A stretch of 64,000 nt of DNA from NCBI GenBank assembly GCA_051294375.1, contig CM119264.1:11841100-11905099 (forward strand), in the 5' to 3' direction. Under the pieces are notes generated by a model that saw only the letters and a list, made by a program, of their open reading frames with translations, had not been told where the DNA came from and searched no databases. The stretch comes from Paraspadella gotoi (Eukaryota; Animalia; Chaetognatha). The position numbers were made by a program, and so were the translations under genes. Shown here piece after piece: positions 37,904 through 50,735 of the stretch (within the stretch, counting starts at the first letter, position 1; each line of letters starts with the position of its first letter).

Positions 37904-39496
37904 TATTGGAGAGGATTTCGTTTTGGCAGCAGCTGTACTATTGGCTGAGAACGTACTCAAGGTCAAGGAAACCTAGCGGAGCAATGCCCCCCCACTGAGA
38001 AACAGCAAGACGCCGAAAACTTTTTTTTTATTCGCGGAAATTTCGTTGACTCGAGTTAATTCGGTGCAATCCCCTCTTCCTACTTCGTCTCTCTCTTCAA
38101 ACCTCCATCCTTGGCTTCGTTCCTGAGCCCGGCCCTTGCCCGACTCCAGCCCTGGCCCGAGCCCCAGCACTTCCCCGTTTTTCATCTCCCCTGATTTACT
38201 TTGCGCGCGCAAATTCGGGCGCGACTTCCTTTCCCGACAAGGTCGAAAAACAACGACGACGACGACGACTACAACTACAAGGTCGATCGATTATCATACG
38301 ATTAAAGTCGTCGTCGTTTTCTCAGTCGTTAGCGTCGTCGCTCTGATTGGACGAGATTCTTTTCCGACGAGACTTTGATTGGAAAATAACGAAAACGACC
38401 ATCGCCGTTGATAGTTCTCAATCTTTTCATCATTATAATGATTTTTTTTTACATATTTAATCCATCCGATTAAAATGCATTGCCATCCCTGTCTTCACAA
38501 TGCCTGTTTTCGTAAGACGCCCACCAGTCCACCACCNNNNNNNNNNNNNNNNNNNNNNNNNNNNNNNNNNNNNNNNNNNNNNNNNNNNNNNNNNNNNNNN
38601 NNNNNNNNNNNNNNNNNNNNNNNNNNNNNNNNNNNNNNNNNNNNNNNNNNNNNNNNNNNNNNNNNNNNNNNNNNNNNNNNNNNNNNNNNNNNNNNNNNNN
38701 NNNNNNNNNNNNNNNNNNNNNNNNNNNNNNNNNNNNNNNNNNNNNNNNNNNNNNNNNNNNNNNNNNNNNNNNNNNNNNNNNNNNNNNNNNNNNNNNNNNN
38801 NNNNNNNAAAAAAAAAGGTTCATTTTATTTATGTCCTTTTTTCCGAAAGGTTTTCCTCTAAACTTCTTTCATAAATCATGTTTACCAATCCGCGAAGGAT
38901 TTTAAGTGTTCAACCTTCCATTTTTACGAGAATCGACGCCTCCATGCATTTCAAGAGGCTCCGCTCTCTTCTCAAATACAATGCGCCTTTTTTTCTTTTT
39001 TTAAATGTTTTTCTTTCTTGGGCTTTTTTTTTTTGCAAAAAAGGTATCGACTATGGAAAAAAAATGAATACCAAAACTATTGTTTGCGTAAATACTTGAA
39101 TTCTTGAATTAAAAAAATATACTATTTAGTAAATAGTATATTGAGCGGTTTTTTTTTTTAATTCAAGAATTCAAAATTCAAAACCTTATGGAGAAATAAT
39201 ATACGAAATAACCATTTTGGCCCGAAAGCTCTGATTTCTACTCTTTCAAAGACCAGAACGAAACGAACTTTGTCGCCCACGAAAACGACGCCGGAACAAA
39301 AAAAAGCGGCGCTTTTATCGACGGATTCGTTAATACGACTACCGTGGGACTCGTTTGTAAAGGCTGCTCGTTACAGTTGGTTTTTTACACTCCCGAGATC
39401 GACTTCTACCTCCCAATGTATTGACAAGTGTTAAGTGTTTAAAACTGTTCTGCAAATGACTCATCCTCCATTAACCAAATTGAAATCGAGGCTTAC

Positions 39497-39900
39497 TTGA
39501 AAATGGAGCGTTAGTCTCTGTATCTTGTCGACGGGCGGATCGAGATGTTCCCATTCTCCCTTGAATCCCCCCGGCGTCGATTGACTTCCGGCGACGTTGA
39601 CGAAAGCGTCGATCGGGACGCCGATTCCCGCTGCTTCGACGCTGTCCGGTCCTCGCGGCGGCGGCTGCTGCAGCGGCGGCCCGATCTCGAATGAGTAGTT
39701 GATGACCCGCGCGCCGAGAGCCTCCGAGAAGTTGAGCGAGATGTCAGCGGCGGCGACGACGCGTTTAGAGACGATCTCGCACGACATCGTCGCCCGCTCC
39801 GCCTCCAGGTTGATGAGGATCACTTGGGGGCAGATGAAGGCCGGCGCTGACACCAGATGGAGCGTCACGTTCTGCCAAGAATCGACCGGAAAGGGGGCGG
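39497..39900 (-). CDS. Ig-like domain exon, 5' end lost in a gap
   Basis: NVTLHLVSAPAFICPQVILINLEAERATMSCEIVS (Ig G strand, linker, B-strand Cys); donor |GTAAGC; GC-rich open frame. Confidence 0.75.
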
Positions 39901-40126
39901 ANNNNNNNNNNNNNNNNNNNNNNNNNNNNNNNNNNNNNNNNNNNNNNNNNNNNNNNNNNNNNNNNNNNNNNNNNNNNNNNNNNNNNNNNNNNNNNNNNNN
40001 NNNNNNNNNNNNNNNNNNNNNNNNNNNNNNNNNNNNNNNNNNNNNNNNNNNNNNNNNNNNNNNNNNNNNNNNNNNNNNNNNNNNNNNNNNNNNNNNNNNN
40101 NNNNNNNNNNNNNNNNNNNAACCTAC

Positions 40127-40296
40127 CTTCATGATAATCTTGGCTTGGTGGACTGCCTCCCACGTCAGAAGCAGCATTTTGGAGGATGACTTTTGACCTT
40201 TTCCTTCTCCGCCTCCATTTCCGGCGCTTCCCCTTTCCCCGTTTCTATTCGGCAAGGATTCGCCGCGCCAGCCGAGGTTCTCGCCGGATTCAAGTC
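40127..40296 (-). CDS. Internal ectodomain exon
   Basis: gaacag| ... |GTAGGT; 170 nt, phase 1 to 0; LESGENLGWRGESLPNRNG...MLLLTWEAVHQAKIIMK. Confidence 0.65.
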
Positions 40297-40404
40297 CTGT
40301 TCCCGGAAGAGAGAGGGAGAACGAGAGGAAGGGGGAGAGAGAGAAACGGGAGAGGGAGTAGGAAAAAAGGTAAGAGAGAGGGAAAGGGAAGAGTTGATAT
40401 CGAG

Positions 40405-40523
<119 letters not shown>

Positions 40524-41703
40524 AGGATGTGGACATAAAAGGGAGAAAAGGAAGGAGTGAGGAAGATATATGTGATATAGACAATCAGAGAGAGGAAGTG
40601 AGAGAGTGAAATAGAGAGAGAAACAGAGGAAAAGAAAGAGAGAGAGAGAGACAGAGAGAGAAGACGCGNNNNNNNNNNNNNNNNNNNNNNNNNNNNNNNN
40701 NNNNNNNNNNNNNNNNNNNNNNNNNNNNNNNNNNNNNNNNNNNNNNNNNNNNNNNNNNNNNNNNNNNGGAGGAGGAGGAGGAGGAGGATCGGTTTGGGAG
40801 AACCGCGAGCTGTAATGTTCGGATTGTTGGGAAGACCGGAAGGACCGAAAAGGGCGAAGGACCGGAAGACCCGAAGGCTTTTGGTCGAGCATTATAAAAT
40901 GAAGGGAAATCCGGAAACGTCTTTGTAGGGTAGACAACGGAAGAAACTGCCCAGAAATCCAAATAAAGAGGACAGAAGGTAGAAAATGTAACATGATTTA
41001 AATGACCTCTGATTAGAAGAAGCAAAAAGTTTTAACTGGGAAAGATGCTTCTGTGGCAAATAAATGTGGCAAATAAATCATTCTCGATCTGAACTCAGTC
41101 CCGTTTATTTGCCACTCTTTAATAATAAATGGGAAAGAAAAAGCTGCTGGCTATATCTAGAATTATATAAAAATTTATGATATAAAAAATCATTTTCGGC
41201 ATAAACTAGTGGGCTTATCGTCGAGAAAATCGTTATGCTTTTCCTTGAAAGATCTTCATCAACAAAAATGTTTTTAGCCAAAGAATTGGGTCACGAACTG
41301 CGTTAGGGCTTGTAGGAGTTTTAAAAACCTCTTGCTCGAGGCCATAAGACAGCAAACCAATTTTTGATGTAGTATTGGAAAATTTGGTCTAAAAATGGCC
41401 AAAGTTCGGGTTGAAGTTCATCAATTTAACGACTGAAGCCTGAAGGCCCTCGCGGACCTGATTTTGTGTTGAGCAAATACGATAACGAAAAAGTTTCAAG
41501 GGTCGCGGCTAGAAATTTCAGAGCTCTGATCAAGATTACATCAGCCCTAACCCAGTTGTTTTGTGAATTTTAAATTTTACTTGAATCTATTTTAAATCAA
41601 ACAAACCGATATACGTTAATTCTGTGTTGTAAGACGAAGTTAGTTAATGAAAAATATTGCCAAGACGAGTTTATAACTAAAGCAAATTACGTAGAAAAGC
41701 GGT

Positions 41704-41831
<128 letters not shown>

Positions 41832-42573
41832 GAGGATAAGATGGTTTTGCAGATGGAGCTCGAGGCTGATTTGGATTAAGATTGAAAAAGGATAACAAAT
41901 ATTTTAAAAATAACAATCAGAACGTAGACTTAGACGTAGACTTAGTGATTGTCTTGAACTCGTGAATCGGAACGTGTAGGACTCTCGTTGGAGGGTAGGA
42001 CATAATTTCCTTTGGTAAAAGTGTTTAAAAATATAAACAATATTTGTTTATAATTGCCATTGTACTAAATGAGAGTAAATTGTCGGCATGAAACGTTCAA
42101 ATTTTATAGTCACTTGAAATTCGATTTTTTTTTTAATAAAACTTACTTGCTGACTACGGTCGTTGGATGGCGACAGCGAACTGATGAAATCTGTCGGAAA
42201 GAAATCGTCGTAAAATTTTTACTAAAAAAGTTGTGAATTATTTTAAACCAAATGAATATGAAAAAGACATTTAACCCGTTTATTGATTTTGTTAATAATT
42301 GTTTCAATAAATTTTTGTAATAAACATCGCAACGTTCGTACCCGTATCTTTGGACAAAGTGGCGCGGAAACGAACGTCCCTCGGGGACACGATCGGATTG
42401 GATTTGATGACGCAGGAAACGTTGTAATGACCTTACATCAAAATGCAGCGTCTGGTTATTATTAAAGTCTCAACCTAACTAATCTCGTTGCGTTTACGCT
42501 ACCGATATTGTAGTTGAGAGTTTTGAGTCGCTGAGAACGGATAAGTTGTCTTGGTAAGTCGAACATGACGAGC
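41832..42573 (-). CDS. Five consecutive small exons (42503-42573, 42342-42431, 42147-42190, 41924-42009, 41832-41865) encoding an Ig-like domain
   Basis: Phases chain 2-1-1-0-2-0. Protein LVMFDLPRQLIRSQRLKTLNYNIGHYNVSCVIKSNPIVSPRDVRF...KSTLELHLQN; the SCVIKSNP motif is typical of I/C2-set Ig domains. Confidence 0.7.
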
Positions 42574-43244
42574 CTGGAGTGAAAAAGAAAAAAAATATAA
42601 CGAGAATTTAAAGCTTTCGACTTTGTGCCCGACTCAACACCGACACAATTACTACAGTTAATTAAGTTCTACGCTTAATTAATTAATATATTAACTGGAA
42701 AATGAAGACTCTTTGTAACCGGATGATTTTCGGTCTAGAAAATATTCCTCACTTCTTTTTTTTTTCGGCTAATGGATGCTTTCTCTCTCACCTTCGAGGT
42801 AGGCGAGAAGGTGAGTAACGAGCCACGACCTACCCGACGCCACCCTTGGCAAGCGAGTCACCTTACCCCCCCGAAACCCGAGCCTTTCTTCCATTTATAA
42901 AGCGGGCGGCATTTTCCGATATTATTGATTTATTAGCAAAGGCGGGGACGTGACGGAGAAGCACGCCCATGGATAGGAGCTGACATGCGAATTACGGGCG
43001 CATGAGCATTGAGCAATGAGGTCCTGCATGCTAGAGGGCGTCGGGGCGTGCGTTGTTTTATAAGAGCTTATGAACTAACTCTCAATATTCGCATCGTCAA
43101 AAAGCCCAAAAAATAACTGAATTTCGAGCAAGTACATATTATAAAATAAAGTTTCAACCGCTGGGCGAAATTTTTTGACTCACTATCCCGCGCCCTTACC
43201 CGCCTAAAGGCAGACTGTCGGAGCGACCCGAGCAAAAACCTCAC

Positions 43245-43524
43245 CTGACGGGGCACATGAGTTGAGGAGGGAAAAGAACGTTGAGCCTCGGATATCCGCA
43301 AGAGGGCGGGATGATGGATGCGTTCCAAAACTCAGACTTTTCGATGTGGCAGTAGAGCGCTCGTCCGTGATCCGAAGGCTCGGGCTTGAGAACGAAGTTG
43401 TTGACCTGCCGAGTGGGAGGGAGATGAGGAGAAAAAAGACCATTAGGTGGATACGAATGGGACATCGGTTCGATGTAGGATGTGGGGGCGAATGTAGAGC
43501 GGGCAGAAGGGCAGAAATCGGCGG
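43245..43524 (-). CDS. Ig C2-set (nephrin/Kirre/Sidestep-type) domain exon
   Basis: aatcag| ... |GTGAGG; FVLKPEPSDHGRALYCHIE...RLNVLFPPQL matches LxLxPxxxDHGxxLxC...LNVxYPP. Confidence 0.85.
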
Positions 43525-43657
43525 CTGATTAGAAAGAGCAAAAAATGATTAAGGTGGGAAATGATACTGGAAAGACATCTAGGTCAAGGCGCCTACTGAC
43601 AACAAAAACGACGACGACGACGACGACGACAATGACGACAACGACGACGACGACAAC

Positions 43658-43847
43658 GGCTAAGATTGACGAGAAAAAGATTGTTGATTCGTTCCCCGTC
43701 GCTGCACCGGCGATCCTGCAAGAGTGAGAGAGAGAGAAAGAGAGAGGGGAAAAAAACGTGGCGCGGCGAGCGTTATGAAACCGATATTTTTTGGTCAGTC
43801 GAACCGAATTCGTCTTTAATAGCATCGGTGGCGTCGGGCGGCGTCGG
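43658..43847 (-). CDS. Two small exons (43782-43847 partial; 43658-43715)
   Basis: Frame-compatible chain PTPPDATDAIKDEFGSTDQKIS|DRRCSDGERINNLFLVNLS|P into the 43524 exon; 66-nt intron; weak donors. Confidence 0.45.
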
Positions 43848-45953
43848 NNNNNNNNNNNNNNNNNNNNNNNNNNNNNNNNNNNNNNNNNNNNNNNNNNNNN
43901 NNNNNNNNNNNNNNNNNNNNNNNNNNNNNNNNNNNNNNNNNNNNNNNNNNNNNNNNNNNNNNNNNNNNNNNNNNNNNNNNNNNNNNNNNNNNNNNNNNNN
44001 NNNNNNNNNNNNNNNNCCCGTGTTTCCTTTTTTTTTCACTCCTCCCCGACTTCCGCTCGAAAGAGTTTCTTTTTCGTCAGAGTCACGTGATTGTCACGTG
44101 ATGTCACGACCCACTTTTCCAGATGAATATTTTTTTTTAAGTTCTTCTCTTATTTTTTTTCCTCTCTCTCTCTCTCAGACGAGAAGGTCGAAGTTGTAAA
44201 AAATTTTTCCCGTCCCTCTCTCTTCTATATATCTTCCCGCTCACCTTCCCGAGGATAAATGGAAAAAACGAATATAAAAGCGTAGAAAAACAGAGAGAGA
44301 GCGAGACGGAAAAAAATTAAACATGACGCGCTAGGGGGCGAGGGGAGAAGGGCAAACGTCGGCGGCCTTCCGAATGTCGGGAAAGAGAAGGTGTGAATAT
44401 CGGGCAAAGACGGAGGGTTAAATGTCGGCGAAGAGGAAGGGGCACTATTCGGCGAGGAGCAAGTGGCACGTGTCGGCAAAGAGGAAATGGCACATGTCGG
44501 CAGGGTGAGGAGCTAATATCTAGAAAAGGGGTTTTGGAAATTCACGATAAGGAGTTCGAAGCTCCGAGCGAGAGATGGGGGAGTGGGAGAAACGGGGGTT
44601 GTTATGAGTTCGAGGTTCAAGGTCGCCCGGTGGAGGGAGTCTGCTTTCCAGAGGGAGACGGTTGGAAAAAGGAAGGAAGGGGTAAGGAAGGGAAAGTCTT
44701 CGCTCGTTTGGTTGGTTGAGGATTTTTTTTTAAAAGAAAGGCGAGGGTAAGTCAGCAGTTCCGTGAATGTATTTACTGCGGCGCCTCGTCGTTTATTCAA
44801 AGCTTCTTTCTTTTATCTTCGCGGCAAAAGCGAAGAAGCAAATTATCATAACTGCGTCTTCGAATATTTTTTTTNNNNNNNNNNNNNNNNNNNNNNNNNN
44901 NNNNNNNNNNNNNNNNNNNNNNNNNNNNNNNNNNNNNNNNNNNNNNNNNNNNNNNNNNNNNNNNNNNNNNNNNNNNNNNNNNNNNNNNNNNNNNNNNNNN
45001 NNNNNNNNNNNNNNNNNNNNNNNNNNNNNNNNNNNNNNNNNNNNNNNNNNNNNNNNNNNNNNNNNNNNNNNNNNNNNNNNNNNNNNNNNNNNNNNNNNNN
45101 NNNNNNNNNNNNNNNNNNNNNNNNNNNNNNNNNNNNNNNNNNNNNNNNNNNNNNNNNNNNNNNNNNNNNNNNNNNNNNNNNNNNNNNNNNNNNNNNNNNN
45201 NNNNNNNNNNNNNNNNNNNNNNNNNNNNNNNNNNNNNNNNNNNNNNNNNNNNNNNNNNNNNNNNNNNNNNNNNNNNNNNNNNNNNNNNNNNNNNNNNNNN
45301 NNNNNNNNNNNNNNNNNNNNNNNNNNNNNNNNNNNNNNNNNNNNNNNNNNNNNNNNNNNNNNNNNNNNNNNNNNNNNNNNNNNNNNNNNNNNNNNNNNNN
45401 NNNNNGAGAGAGAGAGTGATAAAGATAGTTTTTTTTTCTCTCTTCTCTTATTTTTGAAGGCTTTCCTTTCTCTTTCTTATTCCGCGCCAGAGAAGGGGAA
45501 AAGTTAAAAACACGTTGTTACGAGAGACGAAAATTTTTCTGAAACAATTTTTTTTTCGGCTTCTTTTCGTCTCATCTTTTCTTTCCTTTCTCTGCTTTAA
45601 TCTTTTTCCTTTTCAAACATTTTTTTTTAGTTTTAAAAAATATAAGAAGATGAAATACTTGTTATTTTGAGTTCCCATTCCTCTTTTTCTTTTACCTCTT
45701 GAGAATATGAAAATTTTTTTTCTTTCTCGGATAAGGAGGCACTTCTCTTTAAGAGTATTAACATAAATATTTATTTATGAATGATTTCAAGTCATCTTTT
45801 GCACCTTATTTCGTTATTCCTTCGCATCGGAAAACCAAATTGACGAAAGACGGTTTATATGATAATTCCAGTCTTCGTACGAGAAATCAACAATTTTCTC
45901 CATAAAAATCACATTCGATTTGAAATTGTTAACAACTACACGGAACTACGTAC

Positions 45954-46120
45954 TAGCAAGCGAAATTCTCTTGCCTGAAAACGCTCCGAAGAGGAGGCGC
46001 ATTTTGGTCCAAACGGCCGAAAAGGAGAAAGCTTCGGTAATCGCCTTTGCACTAAAACGCAAAGGCAAGCAATATGGTGGCCATTGAGGACGTTTCCATC
46101 TTCGCGTTGCCAGATCTCGG
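45954..46120 (-). CDS. Candidate Ig-like exon (C strand WxRxDG to E strand)
   Basis: EIWQREDGNVL...SERFQAREFRLL; donor |GTACGT. Confidence 0.4.
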
Positions 46121-46809
46121 CTACCAGATTTCGCCGGCGGAAAAAGGGAAGGGCCAAGCTTGGCGATACGAGAACATCGGCGGCCTTACTTTTTCCATTT
46201 ATCCAAGGCTAACTCGTTCCGACGCCCAAACTAGACTTGTCATTTCAATTACGTTCGAAGTGGGACATCTGATAAGGAAGAAGGGGAAGGATGAAGGGGT
46301 GAGGAAGATGTTCGAACGTCCTGACGATAAACCTTGAGGGCGATTGGAGATTACCGAACTTGAAGTGAACAAAATTCGGAACTATGTCTTGAGCGACAGA
46401 GTACTTTGGTTAACAGTCTCAATTCAAATAGCTTTAAAACAAGAACGGTGATTCCAATTCGTTGCGCCGCAGTAACTTTATTTTCATGCGTATGACATGA
46501 AATGACATGATTAAAAAATTGCATCGAAATTTCGTCTTTTATTCCTTTTTGTTTTAGGATTTCCTGAAGTTTTTTCCTGTCTTAACAAATGAGCAACCAA
46601 CTATAGGCGAGGAATGAGTATTTTTAACGTAAGTGGGACAGACCGACGGACAGGCATATCGTCTGACAGACAGACAGACAGACAGACCGACCGTGGTCTA
46701 TTGGAACCGCAACACAACCTCGCGCCACAATACTCGGTTTCAGCTTCAGAGGCTAAAGCAAACTCAAGTTCTTGAGCTAAGGTCCTTCAACAATTGAGGA
46801 AACGCAAAC

Positions 46810-46902
46810 CTGTGCGCTCTCCCGAGTTCCTCAAACAACTGCGGGGAAATATCCTCAAACCCGGCGAACAAATTGGATTACAATTCGCAATCGGAGAACC
46901 TA
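46810..46902 (-). CDS. Candidate exon at the start of an Ig domain
   Basis: tgccag| ... |GTTTGC; GSPIANCNPICSPGLRIFPRSCLRNSGERT cf. IxPxxxxVxxGExA. Confidence 0.45.
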
Positions 46903-49294
46903 CTGGCAAAAATTCGATTCGAAAGTGGCTTTTTTTCGCTTAAATTCCTCTTATAACTTCGGCTTGTTTGTCCAACTTTTAGTCTCTTTCCTCTCTTCTC
47001 TATCCTCTCTCTCTCCTCTCTCTCTCTCTCTCACTCTCTNNNNNNNNNNNNNNNNNNNNNNNNNNNNNNNNNNNNNNNNNNNNNNNNNNNNNNNNNNNNN
47101 NNNNNNNNNNNNNNNNNNNNNNNNNNNNNNNNNNNNNNNNNNNNNNNNNNNNNNNNNNNNNNNNNNNNNNNNNNNNNNNNNNNNNNNNNNNNNNNNNNNN
47201 NNNNNNNNNNNNNNNNNNNNNNNNNNNNNNNNNNNNNNNNNNNNNNNNNNNNNNNNNNNNNNNNNNNNNNNNNNNNNNNNGACTGTAATGAATCCTCCCA
47301 CGCATCGAACTAAACAAATATGTTCCTTACTTTTTTCAAACGGAATTTACTAGCGACAACATATTTTTTGAAGGAACAAATATTCGTTAAGGAAAATTAA
47401 AACCGGTAATCGGAAAAATAAAAAAAAGTACACTATCTGTTGTTTGAAAAAGAACAGAATGGACAGAGGACAGTAGCCGACAGAGTGGGCGTGGCATCGT
47501 CGGAAAGGCTCGGGAGGAGGGGTGGTAGATGGGCGGTGACGGTCGATCGGCGAAGCGTCGGTTTGCATCGTCAGCAATTTAAAAAAAAAATCGTCGGGAG
47601 GATTTTCGATGCCGACAAAAAAAATCCGCTGCTTATCTGCATTCAAACGTCTTTCCCACGACTTTCCGACTTCTTTCCAAGCTTCTTCCAAGCTTCTGAC
47701 AAGCTTCTTCCAAACTCTTTCCAACTTTTTAAGGCTCTTTTCTCTCGGCGACAAGTGTCAAGTTCCTCGGCCTTCTCTTTGCCCTCTCGCGTCAACTCCC
47801 CGTTTTTTTTTCCCCCCGAGTCTCGCGAGAATAATTTCAAGAATAAAACAAGTTGTTTCGCTTTGTGTCGTTCACCCTCTTTCTCTTATTGCCTTCGTCA
47901 CTCCACTTTTAAATATTACTTCCGTCGTAGCTTATTTTTTCAAACTGTTTTGCTATTTCTTCATTATTATTAGTTGCTCACGTTTGTTCGCGTCCGCTAT
48001 AATTTATTCATTTTCTTCTAATTCTCTTAGTCCTTTCTTTTCCCACCTTTTTCTCTTCATCCTCTTTCCCCTATGATTTTTCCCTCAAACCTTTTCTCCT
48101 TTATTAGATTAGTTTCACCTTAATTTTAACTGCTCCGCCCCCCTCCCAATTCCATTATTCATTTTCCCTCTTTCCCGTTTCCTCAACTCGCGAAGCGTTT
48201 AACCCCAGAAAAGGCCTTGGGAATTCCCAGCGGATGAGGAAGAACGTTTTTAGAAAATAACCGGTGCANNNNNNNNNNNNNNNNNNNNNNNNNAGTTCTC
48301 GTTGGCCAACAACGCATGTTTCGAAGAGACAAAGTACGGTAAACAATCAATTTTTAATTTAATTACAGAAGTTAGCTTAAATTGTATCACGTTTGTTCGA
48401 AAAAACGAACGCTTGGCAAAGTTTATTTTTTTTCGGGTCGACTATCTGTTCAGAATGCCGCGCGGGGTGCATTCGCAACGCGTTTTAGAAAAAGCGTGGA
48501 CAATTCCTTCTGTCCATATTTTTTTGGAAAAAGACCGAATCTCTTTCTATCTCCGAAAGCACAGTAAGGTTACCCGCCCATGTCTCATTTCCGAGAAAGA
48601 GGGACGGAGTTCGAAGGGGAATGGAATCCGCGGGAGAGACAGAGATTGACGGTGCTCGGTGGGCGGGTCCTCCTCCTGAGTCGACGAGAGGATGACGAAA
48701 AAAATTTGATGGACCGGGTGGGAGCTGCAGTCGTTGACGGCTAATTTATGATTAATGAATCTCTTAATCAATTCTTTTTAGTTCCATTTCAAAAGAAAAT
48801 TATAACCAAAAGTGATTCTGCGAGGTATATTTTTTTTTGTTGTTACCGCGACCCCAAATGACGAAGACGACGACAAAGCCACAAAGGCCCTTTACGACAC
48901 TAATTACCATTTTCATGTTCTCTGTCTCAAGTTGGACCTTCAGCCCAGAAGAAAATAGTTTATTTAAAAAAAAAAACTAGGACACGCCCTCATAGGCCGC
49001 GAAAACAAGTGATACCTAAACGCTATGGACCCTCCACCCAACTCGCCCATATTGCCGGAACCAATGGGATATGATTGAGAATAGACCTGGGGGACTTAAG
49101 TCAAGCTGGGTTCAATCGCACGGAAAAAAAAAAGGGAGGGCGTGAACGGGGAATGAATGAGGAAAGGTTGAAGGCAAGGGAGAAGAGAGGCACTCGTATT
49201 ATCCTTAGTTTTAAAAATAAAAACATATTGTTTATAAACAAATAAATTTTGCGCTTCTCTTATTATTCGATTTAATATTATTTTGAAACTTAAA

Positions 49295-49495
49295 ACTAAA
49301 TCCTTAACCCTACCTAATTGTAAACTATTACCTTAAAAGCTTATTCTTAATTGTTTTTAGCCTTAACCATGTAAGCTTAAACCCTAATCCTTAGATGGGC
49401 GGAATCCTCAATCTCTAACCATAATCATTAACCTTAATTTCTAATCTTAATCACTAACTTAATCTCCTAACCTGTATACCCAACCCTAACCTCCG
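49295..49495. repeat. Degenerate TAACC(C/T)-like simple repeat tract
   Basis: Multiple cctaac/ttaacc/ctaatc units. Confidence 0.5.
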
Positions 49496-50557
49496 ACCAA
49501 ATCGTTTCAATTAAAAAAAAAAAAAAACTTAATTCCAAATATAAGTTGAAATGGGGGGCTTCTGTAGAAAAATAAGGCGCATCGGTACAGGGTTTGGGCG
49601 AGAAGTGTAGGAGGGAGGAAGAGAAAAAGAGATGCAGATGTCACTCAGGAATGATGAGATTAGTTTTTCACGAAAGTGAAAAGTCAGCTTCTTATCTCTT
49701 GTTTCCTTTATGATGTGAGATGCAACACTAGTCTCTGTTCTCTGTCTGTATCAATATCTGCAGCGACTTTCAAAGTTACTGCTAATTTAATGAGTTCCTG
49801 GCATCAGCGTCCGTCGTCGTCGTGTTCGTCGGTCGCCGTCATCAACTAAAAAACTCAGCGTTCCGCGGGTATAATATATTAACAAGCTACCTTTGGCGGT
49901 GTCGATTTCAATCGAACCACCATTAGTCGATTGATATTATCTATGATGACGCTTTTTACTGATAAAGATATCAGTCCATTATTTTTTGCTTTTTAATTAA
50001 TAAACATTTTCTGATCAATCTAAAGTTATAAGAGTTTTCTCTCGTCTCCGCAGCTTTTCAACATCTCCTTATCATCTGATGTAACGGGCATCTGTCAGTC
50101 ATGGAACGAACCTCGAACGGCCTCTATTGCCAACATCTGTCGTGTGCGATCTGGGTCCATTTTGCGCTGTCGTTGCCGTGTTTTGACGTTCTTAACGTCT
50201 AGAAAGTCTTAACTGTCAGGTGAGGGGACCTTTTTCGGTGCCCAGCGAATGACGGTGTGAGAATAATTATCACCAACTTGCCGGACCCTAGGCGAAGATG
50301 TAGAACTCGCCGTTCAAGGACTGCACCCAGCACAGCATGCTCACCTTGTTGGGAAATGTCAGCCTAGAATTGTAACCTCGATTCAGCCATGCTCCCCTTG
50401 CTGTCCGAATGACAGCAACCTCACTCGTTCCTCACACATGCGTAACGTGTAACTTTGGTCCGATTATGCCGCTCTCCTCCTTGTCGCTCCTTACCCTCAG
50501 TACCCATATTGCTGATCATGAACCTTTGACACTCCTCCAGGTCCATGCCCAAGAGAC

Positions 50558-50735
50558 CCACCTTGCTGCGCCCCATGGACATCCACCTCAGCCATCCGCT
50601 TATGCGCAGATTAGGCCCACCTTGCTTGGCATGCCTGACACCCAGGCCATCCGACCCTGAGCGCCGAGAATGCGCCACCTTTGGCTGCGCGGGATGCCTC
50701 GCACGGTCCTGCCATCCATGCCCAGATTGCGAAGC
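50558..50735. repeat. Three degenerate ~58-60-bp tandem units
   Basis: CCACCTT recurs at ~50558, 50617 and 50675, each followed by GCCATCC and (C/G)AGA(T/A)T. Confidence 0.55.

Noticed and set aside
38470-38536. Possible terminal exon ending the Ig gene at ~38.5 kb
   Set aside because: It abuts a gap, no TM exon precedes it, and further ectodomain-like exons continue at 37-22 kb; it cannot be supported as a gene end.
46074-46337. + strand ORF MVAIEDVSIF...
   Set aside because: No splice or polyA support on +; overlaps candidate minus-strand Ig exons.
50558-50735. CRISPR-like repeat-spacer array
   Set aside because: Eukaryotic context, only three highly degenerate units with similar inter-unit sequence, and no cas genes.
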